Source of the DNA: Epiperipatus broadwayi
Taxonomy: Eukaryota > Animalia > Onychophora
NCBI GenBank assembly: GCA_028023455.1
Contig: JAQFVV010000007.1
Coordinates: 13,392,001-13,456,000, forward strand
Direction of reading: 5' to 3'
DNA length: 64,000 nt
The translations under genes and the position numbers were made by a program. The notes under the pieces were generated by a model. It saw only the letters and a program-made list of their open reading frames with translations. It was not told the DNA's origin and did not search any database. Positions 1-13,862 of the stretch are shown here, in pieces (position 1 is the stretch's first letter; each line of letters opens with the position of its first letter).

Positions 1-69
1 CACAGCACCATTGCACCACCTAAAGTGTCAAATATGATAACACTATCACCACTTACTTTTATTAAATGG

Positions 70-340
70 TTAACTCAAATTATAGTTCAACTTCTACCAC
101 TGTTATTTGATGGACCCAGTAAAAATTTCAATCATTTTTTTTTCATATTGGTTTAAAATATTGTTCATTCATAAAAATTATTGAATAAAATATTTTTCAT
201 TTGAATTTCATTTTTAAAATGGAAACACATTTTAGTTGAAATATCATAAAAGAATGAAAATATCTCTTTAATTTCAAAACTAAACTCATTAAAACTTCAT
301 AAAAATATTTCCAATGGCATTTATAAAAGCAATTCTTGTG
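70..340 (+). repeat. Dispersed repeat of unknown class, second copy at ~53515-53790
   Basis: Collinear shared blocks, e.g. agttcaacttc..ccactgttattt, atttgaatttcatttt.aaaat.gaaacaca, ggcatttat.aaagcaattcttgt. Confidence 0.7.
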
Positions 341-3300
341 AGCCAATGAAACTAATTTTTGCTTCATTGTAACTATAACTTTATGAATTGTCTTTTTAAA
401 AACACATATTTTCATATAAAATTTTCATTATGATATAAAGGTTTTACAAATATGTTGTATAAATAAGATTATCTGTCCCTGGATTTTATACAAAGTAATT
501 CAAGTTAAATGTTATTCTCCACCTATTGAGAGTTTTTACAATTGTTATTTCAAATACTTAAATTGTATATATTTATTGTAAAATTTTAGTATAGAAAAAA
601 TTCCATAGTTGGATAAAAAAGCAAAAATTTGATAAGATAGCAAAGGTTTTAGCTCTGCCTTGATGATTATCCTTTTGTGTTTTCTTCATGACTAATTTTT
701 ATAACATTATTTGGAAAAAATGGTTTGAATAAAGAACAATTATTTGTTTCTTTATTAAATTCAAGATTATTTTTGTACAATAATTGTGTATTCATTATTA
801 CAAATCAATAATAAAAATTATTAATAATTTATTTTGATTGAAAATGCATTTTTAAAAAATTGTTATATTTTTGGACATTGCAAATTTATCCTGAAGGTAT
901 TTACAAGCTTAGCTAATATGTAATCAGTGCTATTAGTAACAACATATGTAAAAATATTGTAATAATATTAAAATATTTTGAACTTTTAAAGTATAATTTG
1001 ATTGATTTGAGAGAGATAAATATTTATTCATTTGCATTGTTAAAAAATGTCATCTATGGAAGAGTTTGTTGATTTTTGAATTTGAAAATAATATTCCCAT
1101 TATATGATGTTTATTTTTTTGATTACAATCTAATTTCTTTTCATATTTTCAAAAATCAAATGTTAATATTAAGAATTGGTTTTGTTTGTGAATAAAAAAA
1201 TTTATCAAATGACATCACTTTTATTATATTCTGATAAATAATAATGGTTTGATCTTAACCTTTTCTATGTATTCACCAGAGATTTTTGTATACAGCATTA
1301 TCTCAATCTCAAACCATTAATTTTTTTATTATTTTGATGATTTTGTAGTTATTTTATTAAGAAAAATGTACTGAATTATGCTACCACTTTTGCAATTACT
1401 TATTTTACAATTGATAAATTAATAATATTTAAATTTAAAGTTTTAACAATAATATAAGAGACTTCCTTCCAAGGGTCTGATTGGTTATTTCTCATTCTCT
1501 ACACAAGAAAGTACTTGTCAGTGATTTTGTAAGTTTTTTATTTAGATTTTTAATATTAAAATGTATCTTCTAGATTATTTTTTTTACATATTTATTATAC
1601 ACTTCATAAAATATGTGTGGAAATATAATTATTTTAAAAGAATAATTCAGATTTTAGTACAAATTATTTACTTGTACATGAAAGTAAATTGGAAAAAAAG
1701 TCAGTGATGTAGACTGCATTTTGTAAAAAAAAAAATATGTTCTCTGTTGTTTGCTATGGATTATTTTTATGAATTATAAATAGAAATTTATTTTTGAAAA
1801 TATTTTATTTTCTTTAATAATCTGACAAGTTGTTAATTTGCTTTTTAGAAAGTAAATTAAAACAAATATAATTTTCAATGACAAATATAATTCATTACTG
1901 ATTCCATAATAGACCAATCAAAAGTTTAGAACTTTAATTCACTCATTCAGTAGGAATATGTGCAGCTAAATTATCTATGGAAGGATTAAACTTAATGTCA
2001 AACATTTATAGCAAGTAAAAACAAAGAAAACACTCAGAATTTTAATGGATAGTTAAAAAATTAATTATGTCAATAAATTACAATTTTTTTTTTGAAAATA
2101 TTAATAGCAAAGCACTCTTTGATATTCCTGATTTAAGTAATCTACCAATCAATAATGCTGTTGATTTCTTTGTATTATGATATAAACAATCAGGGTTTTA
2201 CCATCTTGCTTCCATATTCATGTTTAAATGATATTTGTATGAGATCTGTATAATAGTGACAACTTCAGATTTTTAACTAATAGTTTTAATTATAATTTAT
2301 GTTCAAAAAATGTGTATTGCAAACTAATACTATAGGTAACCACAAATTTGTGCAAAAAGTCCAAAACTAATGGCAGCTACAAAGAAATGCCTCAACATTT
2401 ATGACAAGATCACTGACTTTCTTCATGCACATTAAAACAATAAATATATATTAATTTGTAAAATGTAAAAGATTTTTAAAAACATGTTTTCTTCATTTAA
2501 GATGAATTATAGGATTCCAGAGAGATATTTCATGAAGATAAAATAGACATGCAATTCATTGCAATTATTTATGCAGATTAATACGCTAAAATTATACCTA
2601 TAAATCCTCATGGTTTTGAGTTATTTGGCATATTAAATTCATATAATATTAAAATGATAAAATTATAGAATAAATTGAATAGATTAGAAATAGGCATAAA
2701 AGACCACAGAAAATTATACATTTAGTTTAAAATAGATTATTAGAGTTTTACATTTTAACAGAGAATTCAATATCACAAGTTTTACATTCAGACAAGATTT
2801 AAATAATAATTAAAAAAAGCAAGTCATATATAACATGACATTTGAGCTATTAGTAGGCTCTCTGTGTGCAAGATTTAAACATTAACATTTAACAGCTTTC
2901 TTTGTACACTTTTAGAAAAGGTGTTTGGAAAGGTAGGTTTAAGAAATAGCTAGCTTTTAAATAAAAAATTGAAAATCACAGTTTATGAACAACGCTCTGA
3001 GTGAAAATTTATCGATTTACCAGTCTGTTGTCTTCGTTGCAGTTCTGAGCACTTGGGAGATAATAAGATGAGACTTTTGGCGATGATTTAAAGTTAATGG
3101 AGATTCTTCCATGGGCTGCTTTTTTGGTGTATGGCATTATGTTTTATCGGACCAAAGTTCTTTCCATCCCCAGCAAGGGGAGAAGGATGAGGGGTCACCT
3201 ACTTTTACCCCATCATTCTAAAGTTGAAATGAATGTGGGTTCTGTTTACAATTCACTTATTATATATAGGATCGAACCTTGGCAACAAAACTTTAAGTAT

Positions 3301-3818
3301 TTATATTTGTCTAACTCTGGACATCTGTTTATTTTTATGAGCTTGTCCGTATTTATTTATTTTAGAAAAATATATTTAATTGCTAAAACTAGTAGAAAAA
3401 CTCATTACTTTATTTTAGAAAAACATTTTTAATTACAACAATTAATTTAGATTTTGTTTTTCTGCTTTCTTCCTCCTGCAGTTTATTGTGACAATGCTAT
3501 AAAATTCTGCGAATTGTTATTAGCAATTTAGATTTATAAAATCAAGTTCACGCTATTTAAGGACTAATGTGTGACCTAATTTAAAAGTTGTTTACATGGA
3601 GAATTAAAAGTTGCTTTGATAATTAGTAGAAAATGAATTTTATTACCATACCTGCAGAATAACAATGGAAATGGCTTATCTACATATGCAATTTTGATAA
3701 TATAACAATAAAATTGGCTAAGTAATTTAAACTAAAATATTTCTTAAACTATAAATAATTCAAAATGAATACATGTCTGTAATATATACATATACTATTA
3801 AATTACAGACTTACCATT

Positions 3819-3832
3819 CACACACACACACC

Positions 3833-3865
<33 letters not shown>
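3819..3865. repeat. Compound (CA)n(TA)n microsatellite
   Basis: Direct reading. Confidence 0.95.
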
Positions 3866-4959
3866 GATTTTGCATATATAGTAATTCAAGGTTGTTTAAA
3901 TGGGTACTCTGAGAGGGTTGAAACCTGGCATAGAGATAGGTGTGGGCGTAAAATATGTGAATCAGGCAGGTGGATAAAACTAAATGTTTTATTGTGAATA
4001 TAATAATGTACTAGTCTTAGTAATGTGAAAGTATATTTAGTAATTATTTGGCCAGTCGATCAAATATACTTTCCCCCTCCCTCATAATAATTTCTATGTA
4101 TCTATTGAAACCTATAAACCAGAGCTTTGTTATATATTTTCTTTATCCCTCTAATGTCGCTTGATTATGTAGCATTAGAATTGGCTAATAATAGTAATAC
4201 TGACCCAGGTATTGCCTTATATTTTTGTAATAATTAATGTCATACTTTTGTTTGGCCGATTAGATATATTAAATTCACATTCAATGTTTAACATTTTGTT
4301 GCATTTTCAACTTAAGATGGGACTCAGAAAAGTACACCCTATCTTATCTTTTTTCAAGATGCACACTAGTAAGTCCAGTCATATAATTTCTGGCAGTCGT
4401 GTTAGCCACCCTGACCTTTTAGCAGCACGACGCTCAGTTCTAGGGTATTGGTGTTTGTCACAAAAACCCTTAACTTCAATCTTTCTGCAGGGCACTCTGT
4501 TATTGTAATTTTCCAGTGCTGTAGCATGTCGGTGATCTAGTATAGCCAATTCTGAGTCCCATAATTTAATTAATTATTCAGTATTAAACTGAAATTTACA
4601 TCTTTGGTTTCTGGGTTTAATATCAAACCTGAGATAATTTATATGCTTATAATTTACTACTTTAGTAATGTTAACAAAACTGTTTTTGCCTAAGACTTGT
4701 ACAGCATTTTATAATAGTAGCTACCACTGTCAATAGGAATTGGCATAATCTAATGTAGGCACAACTTAGTGATTATTTATATGTGTCAAATCATATTAAT
4801 AATTAAAAGATTTAAGGAAGAGAAATGTCAAATCCTCATATTACAAAGCCTGCATGCTTTCCTGCATTAATTGATGTCCTATTATTTAATAAATATATGT
4901 TAAATGTATTCTGGTTTCATGTAATTTGTTGTTCCTATCTCAATACAATTCAGTCTTAG

Positions 4960-5072
<113 letters not shown>

Positions 5073-5214
5073 ACAGAACTATTTATGCATTAATTATATT
5101 TATAAATGTTATCCTTGATTTCATGCTGGTAGTAAATTAGTTAATATAATTTTAAGTCCCATGTATCATGATACTCCCTGCCCTATGCCGGCCACAAAAC
5201 ATGGATGAATTACA

Positions 5215-5381
5215 TGTAACTTCAAGTGTGGTTATTTATAGGGTCTTGAGTCTTGGAGAACTGACAAACATGTTGAAGAGGGGTCTGATTTGGGATGTCA
5301 CAATCTTGATCTGGTCGGCTTTGGTCTCTTTGTTTGGATTCTAGATTCTGTTACACGAATGTACAAAGCTTGACCGTTACA
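5215..5381 (-). mobile_element. Short or truncated LTR fragment related to the element A LTR terminus
   Basis: Bounded by TGTAAC...GTTACA. Right end (ctggtcggctt..ttctagatt.tgtt...aatg....ttgaccgttaca) aligns with the A LTR end (ctggtcagcctt..ttctagatttgttt...aatg...ttgaccattaca). TATAAATA on the minus strand at 5233-5240. No TSD found. Confidence 0.6.
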
Positions 5382-6045
5382 ATACTGATATGTATAATTA
5401 TATATTTTTTACACATCTTGAATCATTTGTTTCAGTAATGTGTGATGAAACAAAAGTTAGAAATAAACTTAAATATATATTGTGTTAAGTTAAGCTTAAA
5501 TATCTCTAAAAGTAATATGTATATGGAGTTAAATTGTAATATGGCAGACATGGATTATTTGAAAACATGTCTGTTAACTAATGTATCTATAGTGTGAGAT
5601 GTTGGTATACCATCAGGGCTTATGAATTATTATGATGAAATTAAGTTAAAGTGAAACATGCATTGATAATGACAAAAAAACTTGTAATTATATAATAAAA
5701 AATAAATAATGATTTATTCTATATTACATGATTTGTTTAAGTCCTATCCTTGTTTGAAATTTACAGTTCTATTAAAACCATTAGTCCTTGTGACATTATG
5801 TATATAAGTACATGCTTGTGCATATGCATCCAAGCTCTTGGTGGATTTTTTTCTTAAATATGTTAAAATAAATATTTTTTGTGTAAAATATTGATAAAAG
5901 ATATATTATTTAGGTTCATTTATGCATGATTAAAGTACTACTCTATTGATGTTTTACCTGGAATGTACTTTCCATGTGTTGCATAAAAACAGAAATGTTT
6001 TTTTTAAGACATTACCAATAAAAGAAGGATATAAAAGTTTAATAT

Positions 6046-9000
6046 TGAAACAGTCAGCTTTTCAATCCAACTGTTTCACCCACTATATATGCTATATAGT
6101 AGTATTCATACATATATAGATACCACCAATCCTCGTATATTTATTAATAATGATCTAAATAAATCCCGCCTAAATTTAAAAATAAATAATTAAATCATAT
6201 ATGTGTGCGTACATGTTTAAATATTTACTGAAACATTCATTTATATACTCATGATGCCAAAATGTGCACATATATAGATTATTAATAATTGCAAAGTAAA
6301 AAACTAATTGTATGTGTAACTTTAGACTACATATATGCAAGAATATAAATGTTAATAGATTATAAAACATTTCGTTTTCTATAATTTTATATATTTATTA
6401 AATTATATATTTTCAAAATTGTATAATTCTGCATATATCGGTAAATTAGAACAGTCAGGTTACATATATAATAAAATGTTTTTCTAAATCTTAGATTTGT
6501 TTTTCTGGACACACAATCGCCAGTATAATTAATCTTTACTGATATTAGATTAAATAAAAATTTATATTTAGAATAAAACTTGGAAAACGGAATAAATTAC
6601 GGCTTGTGAATAGGATTTTTTTTACCTATTTAAGATTTAAAACAGCAGGGCCCCCCCTATAATTGGTTATTATCTTACGGGCCAGGAAAACAATTCTAAG
6701 AAAGTAAAATAATGAAAAAGAGGGGGGGATACTGATATAAAAGTAGTAGCAGCCATCTTTCAAAATTATTCTGAGGCAGTCATTAAAATATTATTTCTAA
6801 AAGTCATCCAGATATATATTTTAATAAAGTAAATTAATCAAATGTCAGGGTAACAGGCGTCGAATCTAGCCTTCTGCCTGGCGAACAGCCATCTAAGCCG
6901 AGAGAAAGGGAGTTGACCACAGCCAGATCCTAAAAGATGTCACACTATTCAGAGAACTTGCAGTACAGAGAAACATCAAGATTAACAATGATAAATACTC
7001 TTCCAATCTAAAACCTTCAACTAATTTCAAATATAAAGCTAGCTTAACCTCAAATTAATGGCCATCTAAATATTGTAAATGAAAATTATGTATATTTTGT
7101 TTTATAATTTTAATCTAAAAACTCACCTAAATTATGAATATTAATTATTGTATTTCAATCCTAAAGTCTTGCCTGATACGACTTTAAAACTGATATATAA
7201 ATATAACTGATATGATAAAAGAAACTTGTATAACTGATATAGATTTAACTGATACAAATTTAATCCATAAAAATGATTTACCTGATAAACAAATTATTGA
7301 ATGATTTGAATATTAAATGATTTAATGTGTTTTAGTTGATTTAAACTCATATGTAAATGAATTATGATTTATCTAAATTATGCACATTCACACACATCTT
7401 TATTAATATAACTGTATGATTTTATGTTTTGGTTTACTCCTAAAATAATGTTTGATTTAGTTACATAATAATTTGACCATAAATAATTAAAGGCTATCTA
7501 TTTCAATTCGCTTAACGTAGAAATTAAATCTTTTATCTAATTTTGTTACATGTAATATACAATAAGCTGTTCAAAATAATATTAAGATTTCTATGATAAT
7601 TTATATATGTTTTAAGTTAATGATAATGTTTGCAGTCATTAATTTCTGAGATAGCATTATAATACTAAATCAATCATATTTTAGCAAACATCGCACAACT
7701 TCCTTTTAAAATGAACAACTATCAAATTTAACTTGCTTAAAATTTTATTGTGATTTAAATGCATTTCTTAAGTTGATCTATGCCAATATTATTATTATTT
7801 AGTTACGTTATCTTGTTTATGCTATAAAACTTCAAAACCGAGCTTTATTCTTAAATTAAACCATTTGAGAGTATTAAATAAAGATTCGCTCGCATATATA
7901 TGTAAGTGCATATATATATAACACGTATAATTATATACAAAATAAAAAGCTCTGTTTTGGAAAGGATAAAATGTATTGAATTAAAAATCATTACAAACAT
8001 ATCATCATCTTAAGATAGATTTGCTTTTTAAGTTGATATTTTAAATAAATGTTTAGTTAAAGTGATAAAAATACAGCATAAATCTATATGTTTATATTTT
8101 AATTCCCATACGCTGTAATCCTCCTTAAGCTGATTAAATCAAAGCCTATATAGCTAACTTTGTAGATTGTATTTATAAATTCCCATAGTTAGTACTATTA
8201 AGAGTACTGTAACATGAACTGATGTGGGTAGTTTCATGAAAGAAACTTATATTTTAGCATCTTAATTTTAAATATGATTATCTAGTCAGTGGTTCATATG
8301 TGTCCTTACGAAACGCCATGGCATATTTTCTTATTGCTGAGTTTCTTTAATGGTCGCCTGTCATCGCGCAGCACCATTACCATTAGTTCTGGCAATTATC
8401 TCTTTAGGTGGTGATGGGTACATGCCAACCCATCCTGCATTCTTATAATGGAGCATTAGACTCACCCAGAGCGTAAGACTCCACATTCTGTATTCGTAAA
8501 AGGAGCATGAGACTCATCCAGAGGGTAAGACTCCCACTCATATGTATAAATTGCTTGATCTGCCAAACTAAAATGGCCTCTTATATCACAGCAATGAGAA
8601 TTGGTCCCAGGGAACCATTACCCGGTAAAAGTCCCATTAATAAGGCACATATGAGACACATAAATAAGACTATGAGTTATATGTTTTTTTTCACACTTGT
8701 ATCTGAAGTACAACTTCTGTTAGTCAGTTCAGCCCACCATTTTAATAGTTAATTCAGCATTGATCTGAAGGGAATCCAATCTAAATAGCATTTTACTGTG
8801 TAGAGAATATATTAAAGTATTCATGCTAGTTAAATTATGTTAAATTACGTTCTGTAAAAATTAATTATCACTTCCGCTAATATGGCAAATCTAGATCCTT
8901 TATAGCATAAACCTGGCATAGATAATTATGAGCAAAGTCAAATCGTTCTGAATAAAAATTCATATTAAGCTCATGTACAATTTTACGGTATTATCATTTT

Positions 9001-9754
9001 ATCACCTGCAAGTGATAAAGATATATATGTATAGCCAAATAAATAATTAATTGTAATTTACATACTATCACCCGCGTGTGATATGAGGCTACATATTTAT
9101 AGAATGGAAATGCAAAACCTCCAAATTTTATTAATTGTGTTAGAGAATTAAATTCACTTATAAGTAAACTAACTTATATATATATATATGTAAACCAAAC
9201 TGCTTAAATCTGTACATCCAAAATTTGCTATTGATAATGCATCACTTACATGTGAATCCCTTTGAATTGTAAAGTCCCTTAATCACCTGCATGTGAAATC
9301 AAAGAAGTTATTTACTCTATTGTTATTTTAATTTGTTGTTTACATTTAATATTATTAAATTGATTTAAAATTTACTTTGGTTTCTTGTCTTAGTCTTGCT
9401 CACTGACTCACTTTTATTTAATATTTAGTAATTAGCTTTATAACTTATTGAAATTTTATATATAATTAATAATGATAAGTGTGCCACCTGATACCTATAT
9501 AAATATGCTATATAAAATACCCATTGTTACCCGTCTTATGTACTACTGATGAGCTACTGCCGGCACGTGAAGAATTGAAATGCTGCTGTGACCTCAACTG
9601 TGTCATTTGTAAGGTTGTAAGTCTATGAGCAATGGTAGAGGAACTAGGGTTAGGCCAGAGCCATGGCTTCCACCACCGTAAACCTGGTCAGCCTTAGGAT
9701 GATCTATCAGAGTTCTAGATTTGTTTGCGCAAATGCTCATATTTGACCATTACA
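6046..9754. repeat. Element A left LTR (3709 bp)
   Basis: Collinear with the right copy (about 6% divergence in a 225-bp sample read by eye). Contains a terminal 9-bp hairpin (6046-6078), a 52-bp-period tandem repeat (8451-8534) and four ATCAC-N6-GTGA dyads (8999-9297). Confidence 0.93.
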
Positions 9755-10780
9755 GTAGATTTTTTTTCTTCTGGGTATGGATGTTCTTTCGTGGGGCATT
9801 AGTGATTATTCCACTCCTGTATAGAGTAGTCAGTAGGTATGGGTAAACTGAAGGAATATTGGCATTGCATGCATATATAGATGTTCTCCCGAGTATGTTG
9901 CACCTATGAAGGGCTTTATAATATAAACCTATATGCCTGAGAGGGGAGGTGTACAGATATGTTTCCATACCAAGTGTTATGAATATGTATAAAAAAATTT
10001 CTCCCAAGTATAAACTCCTTACCTAGATTTTATAAATTATTCCATTCCTGAAAAGTAGTTACTAAAAATGTATACATATTAACTGTATACCTGTAAAAAA
10101 AATTTTTTTCAAGTTTGAATCTGGTAAAATAAGTGAAAATGGATTCATATTTAATAAAGGGTATATCTGTAAATATAGTGTGTTTTTAAGCGTGGCTTAT
10201 CAAAAATATTACATATATCATACCTGATGATAGCTGGCACCAGAGGTAATTTAAAACAGCTAAAATTATCCTCACATAAATTCACTATCAAAATGAAGAA
10301 AATGTGTAAAAAAAAATTTCAAAATTGATTGTTTTATGATGAGGGTGTGAGTCAAGACAAGATGTGAGCAATATTAAACCACAATGGAAAAATCAGGCAA
10401 GACAAAAGTATAGGAGCATTTGGTGTTCAAAATTTATCAAACCATGGGAAAAGAAATAAATAACTAATATTAAAATTAATAATAAACTATAATTATAAAT
10501 TTTAACAGAAATGGAGTGAAGAAGGAAAAGGCAAACCTATGGTGAGTTCCATTTAAAATATTTTAAATTTTGTTTTTTTTTTTTTTTTTCATTTTATCTT
10601 TTATCTTGATGTTGTGGAAGGGAGATGAAGTACTGAGCATTAGTTAATTAATAAAAAAATAAGTTAGCAAGGAACCATAGAGCAGTAACAAAACAAGGTG
10701 GTAAAATAGGCTTGGGTGTGTTTGTCGGAAAGGGGGGTGGATAGCCACATAGAAATTAAGTAACCAAAGAAATTTTAATA

Positions 10781-12628
10781 ATGGAAGCTAAAGCAGAAGA
10801 GGGCATGGAAGGGATAGTGGAGGAAGTAGAGGAAATGAGGGAGGAAAGGAGAGAAAGGCTGATGGGAAAGAGGAAAAATGCTTAGGTCAGGGAAGGAAAT
10901 AATAGAAACATACAGATAGTAGTAATACAGAAAAGGAATCAGAGAGTAGCGAGAAGGAAACTGTAGATGGGGAATCAATAGACAATATGATACCAGAGGC
11001 AGAAAAGCCCAAAGTACAAGAAAATGTAGATGGGAAACAACTATTTGATTGGTTTATGCATCACATAGAAAATGAAAAAATAGAAAGGGAAGAAAAGGAG
11101 AGAAAGGAAAAGGAAGAAACGAAAGAAAAAGAGAAAAAGGATAGAAAGGAAAGAGCAGAAGAAAGGGAAAATGATAAAAGGGAGAGGGATGAAAATGAAA
11201 AGAAAGAAAGAGAAGAAAAGGAGAGGAGAGCACAAGAAAGGGAAAATGATAAGAAAGAAAAGAAACAAAATAAAAACAAAATATTAGAAAATGTGGAAGC
11301 AATGGTCAAAGAAGAAGGAAAAAGATGAGCCAGAGGATGTAAATCATAGAAAGTGAAATAAAAAAGCTTAGCATAGAATGTCAAAAGAGAAATGATGAGG
11401 CTCAGGAAGAATGTGAGAATAGATTAGCCAGCCACGCAGAGAGTATGAAAGAAAATATTAGAGAAGTAGATGGGAAAATTCTCAAAGTGAAAGACACTGT
11501 AGAACAGCAAAAGAACTACATGCAGGAGAAGAGTGTGAAAGTGAAAGAAAAATTAGAGGGCATGAAGGAAAGGTTAGACATAACCCAGGGCCAACAAGAA
11601 AGGCAAAGTGAAAAAATAATGGGACTGCAAGGAAAAGTACATGAAATTGAGAGACAAAGGAAAACCCAAACAAGGAAATTAACAGAGATGGATGCTTATT
11701 GTCGACACATCAATGGAAAATTATATGAATTTAAAGAAAACGTAAAAGTTAGGCAAGATGAAGATAACAAAAAAGCAAATATATTATTAGAAAGGGTACA
11801 GGGTATAGAACAGGGTCTTAAAAAGTTAGAGGAAAAAAGAGATAGGATAGTGTGGGACCATCTATAGAATGTGGCTCGACTAAGTTAGTAAACAAGGGAG
11901 ACAAAGAACATATAGATAAAAATAGAGCAGAGACAAGCGAAAATGAAATAGGAATGCAACAAATAAACATGGCAAAGGTGGTCCCATGTCTTACTGAAGC
12001 GGAGTCTATGGGCTATGTTGATCTTGATAGTTCAAGAGAAGAGAGAATAGGAAATAATATTAGGGGTATAGAGGCTAGCTCCCATTCGTATATGGCCAAA
12101 TTCATTCAGGTAAAGACATTCAAGGGTAAGATAGGGGAGAGTCCCAGGGTACACCTACAAAGTCTCAAGGAGCTATTCTGATTCCAACACATAGCTGCCC
12201 AAGATCAAGAAGCTTTGGCAGTGCATTATCTATACGGATATGCATTATCTTGGTGGGACTGTTATGGTGAAAAACCAAAGACATTTGAACAGTATGCTGC
12301 AGCCATGATGAGGACGTTTTGGAGTAGTGAGAGGCAGAATGCTATATATATGACAGTCGGGAGGGAACAATATGGCTCTATTAACAAAGAGACATATACC
12401 CAATTCTTTGTTAGGCAAGTGGACCACCTCAGATCCTTAACTGCATATGTATACTCAGAAGCCCATATAATTAAATTAATCCAGCATAATATGCCACCAC
12501 CAGTGCAGCATATGATGACGGGAATTCATATAAAGACAGTGGAAGATATGTCTGAGTTTCTGACATCAGTGGATTATTCACCCCTTTCCAAAGGATCCAC
12601 CAGAAAAGATGAGGAGGATAGATCCTAA
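10781..12628 (+). pseudogene. gag: Element A gag (long E/K/R-rich coiled-coil N-terminus plus retrotransposon/Arc-type capsid domain), broken by stops and frameshifts
   Basis: ORF pieces 10987-11328, 11445-11867, 11852-12181, 12215-12628. Capsid-like motif KTFKGKIGESPRVHL...ALSWWD...PKTFEQY...FW, homologous to element B Gag. Confidence 0.8.
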
Positions 12629-12742
12629 GTGTCAAGCAATGAGGTTAAAGAATGATAGCTTTAGAGAAAGAACAAGTCCAACACCCTATAGTAGTAACCA
12701 GAAGAGATTTAGATACACTGGTAGGCCGTTAAACTCCAGAGG

Positions 12743-13651
12743 GTGCCGGTAAATAAGTCCCTAAACCCGACACCTAATGTAAAGGATAGGGATAAAACAA
12801 GGGAACAAACAATGGGCACTATTAGGGAGGTAGTGGAGGAGGCGGAGACATCAGTTACTGCTGGGTCCTGCCCCTTGATAGCCATTACCATTAACCAGAA
12901 AAAGGTGCAGGCTTTAGTTGATACTGGTAGTCAATTCTCATTTGTGGCAAAGGAATGGGTGACTGCTAGAGAAAAGGAAAGATTTCTATGGCAGAAACTA
13001 CCATTCAGACCCCTTCAAATGTACTTGGCCAACAGAAAGAAGACACAAAACAAAAATTTTCAGGTCTGGTGTGAGATAGTCTGGAGGTCCAGAGAAATAG
13101 GCCATACATTCCTGGTGGTGAAAGGACTCATACAAGAGGTGGTGATAGGTACTGACTTTCTGAGGCAACACAATGGTGTTATTAACTACAGCACTGGGAA
13201 AGTCACACTAGGCGAAGACAGTATGGCCATGAACAAAGATGAGGCAGAGGTAGATGAACCCATTAGGATAGAAACAAAAAAAGGTCCACCTCAACAGATA
13301 ATAGATAAGGACATAGTTAAATTGGCATACATAAAAATAAGTAGTATGAGGAAAAGGGATAATTACTACAAAGAAAATGATAACTGGAGTGTTGAAACCA
13401 GGAAAACAGGAATAGCCTGTAGAGATATAGTTAAGTCAGATGTATATGATCTATGCAAGAAAAGGAAAATCAAGCAGAGGAAAAGAAGAGGCAGGAAAGA
13501 AAATAGAGAGAGATGGAAATTGCCAGCCTTTAAATGTATAGGAAAGGGGATGGATGGAATAGAAGAAGGCAGCAATTCAAAAATGGATAGATTAAGTAAG
13601 AAAAGAAGGGACAGAAGAATAGATAAGGGAAAATGGAAACCACCCTCATAA
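12743..13651 (+). pseudogene. Element A retropepsin (aspartic protease) with a basic C-terminal tail; no RT, RNase H or integrase follows
   Basis: ALVDTGSQFSFV catalytic motif and EVVIGTDFL (IIGxDFL-type) motif; the ORF ends KGKWKPPS*. Confidence 0.85.
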
Positions 13652-13811
13652 ATAACCTTTAGTTTCCAATATAGCAGAAAATAGAAGAGGAAGTGAGGGA
13701 GGGATAGATAGTAAAATTTACTGAAAGAGCTCAAAATTTAAGACTTTAAAACCATGTAGAACGGTGGTAGTTAGGACTGCAGATCCGACTTAGGGTTCTG
13801 AAACCTTGATG

Positions 13812-13814
<3 letters not shown>

Positions 13815-13858
<44 letters not shown>
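13815..13858. repeat. (AT)n microsatellite inside the element A internal region
   Basis: Direct reading. Confidence 0.95.

Positions 13859-13862
<4 letters not shown>

Noticed and set aside
3097-3432. 111-aa ORF in a relatively GC-rich patch
   Set aside because: No recognisable domain or consistent splice structure.
4355-4575. ~64-codon minus-strand open frame (DSELAILDHRH...RSGWLTRLPEII)
   Set aside because: No ATG, no good acceptor and no family motif recognised; it needs a database search.
9546-9580. CTGATGAG...GAAA hammerhead-like spacing in the A LTR
   Set aside because: No proper stem II, and the second LTR copy reads GAAC instead of GAAA.
10230-10450. Possible third nested element on the plus strand with PBS-like TGGCACCAGAGG (10236) or TGGTGTTCAA (10421)
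   Set aside because: No matching LTR pair or TSD found around the gag-protease block; the PBS matches are weak.
10775-13734. Several minus-strand F/L/S-rich ORFs (10775, 11041, 11054, 11061, 11482, 13366) that look like membrane proteins
   Set aside because: They are antisense shadows of the purine-rich gag/protease strand.
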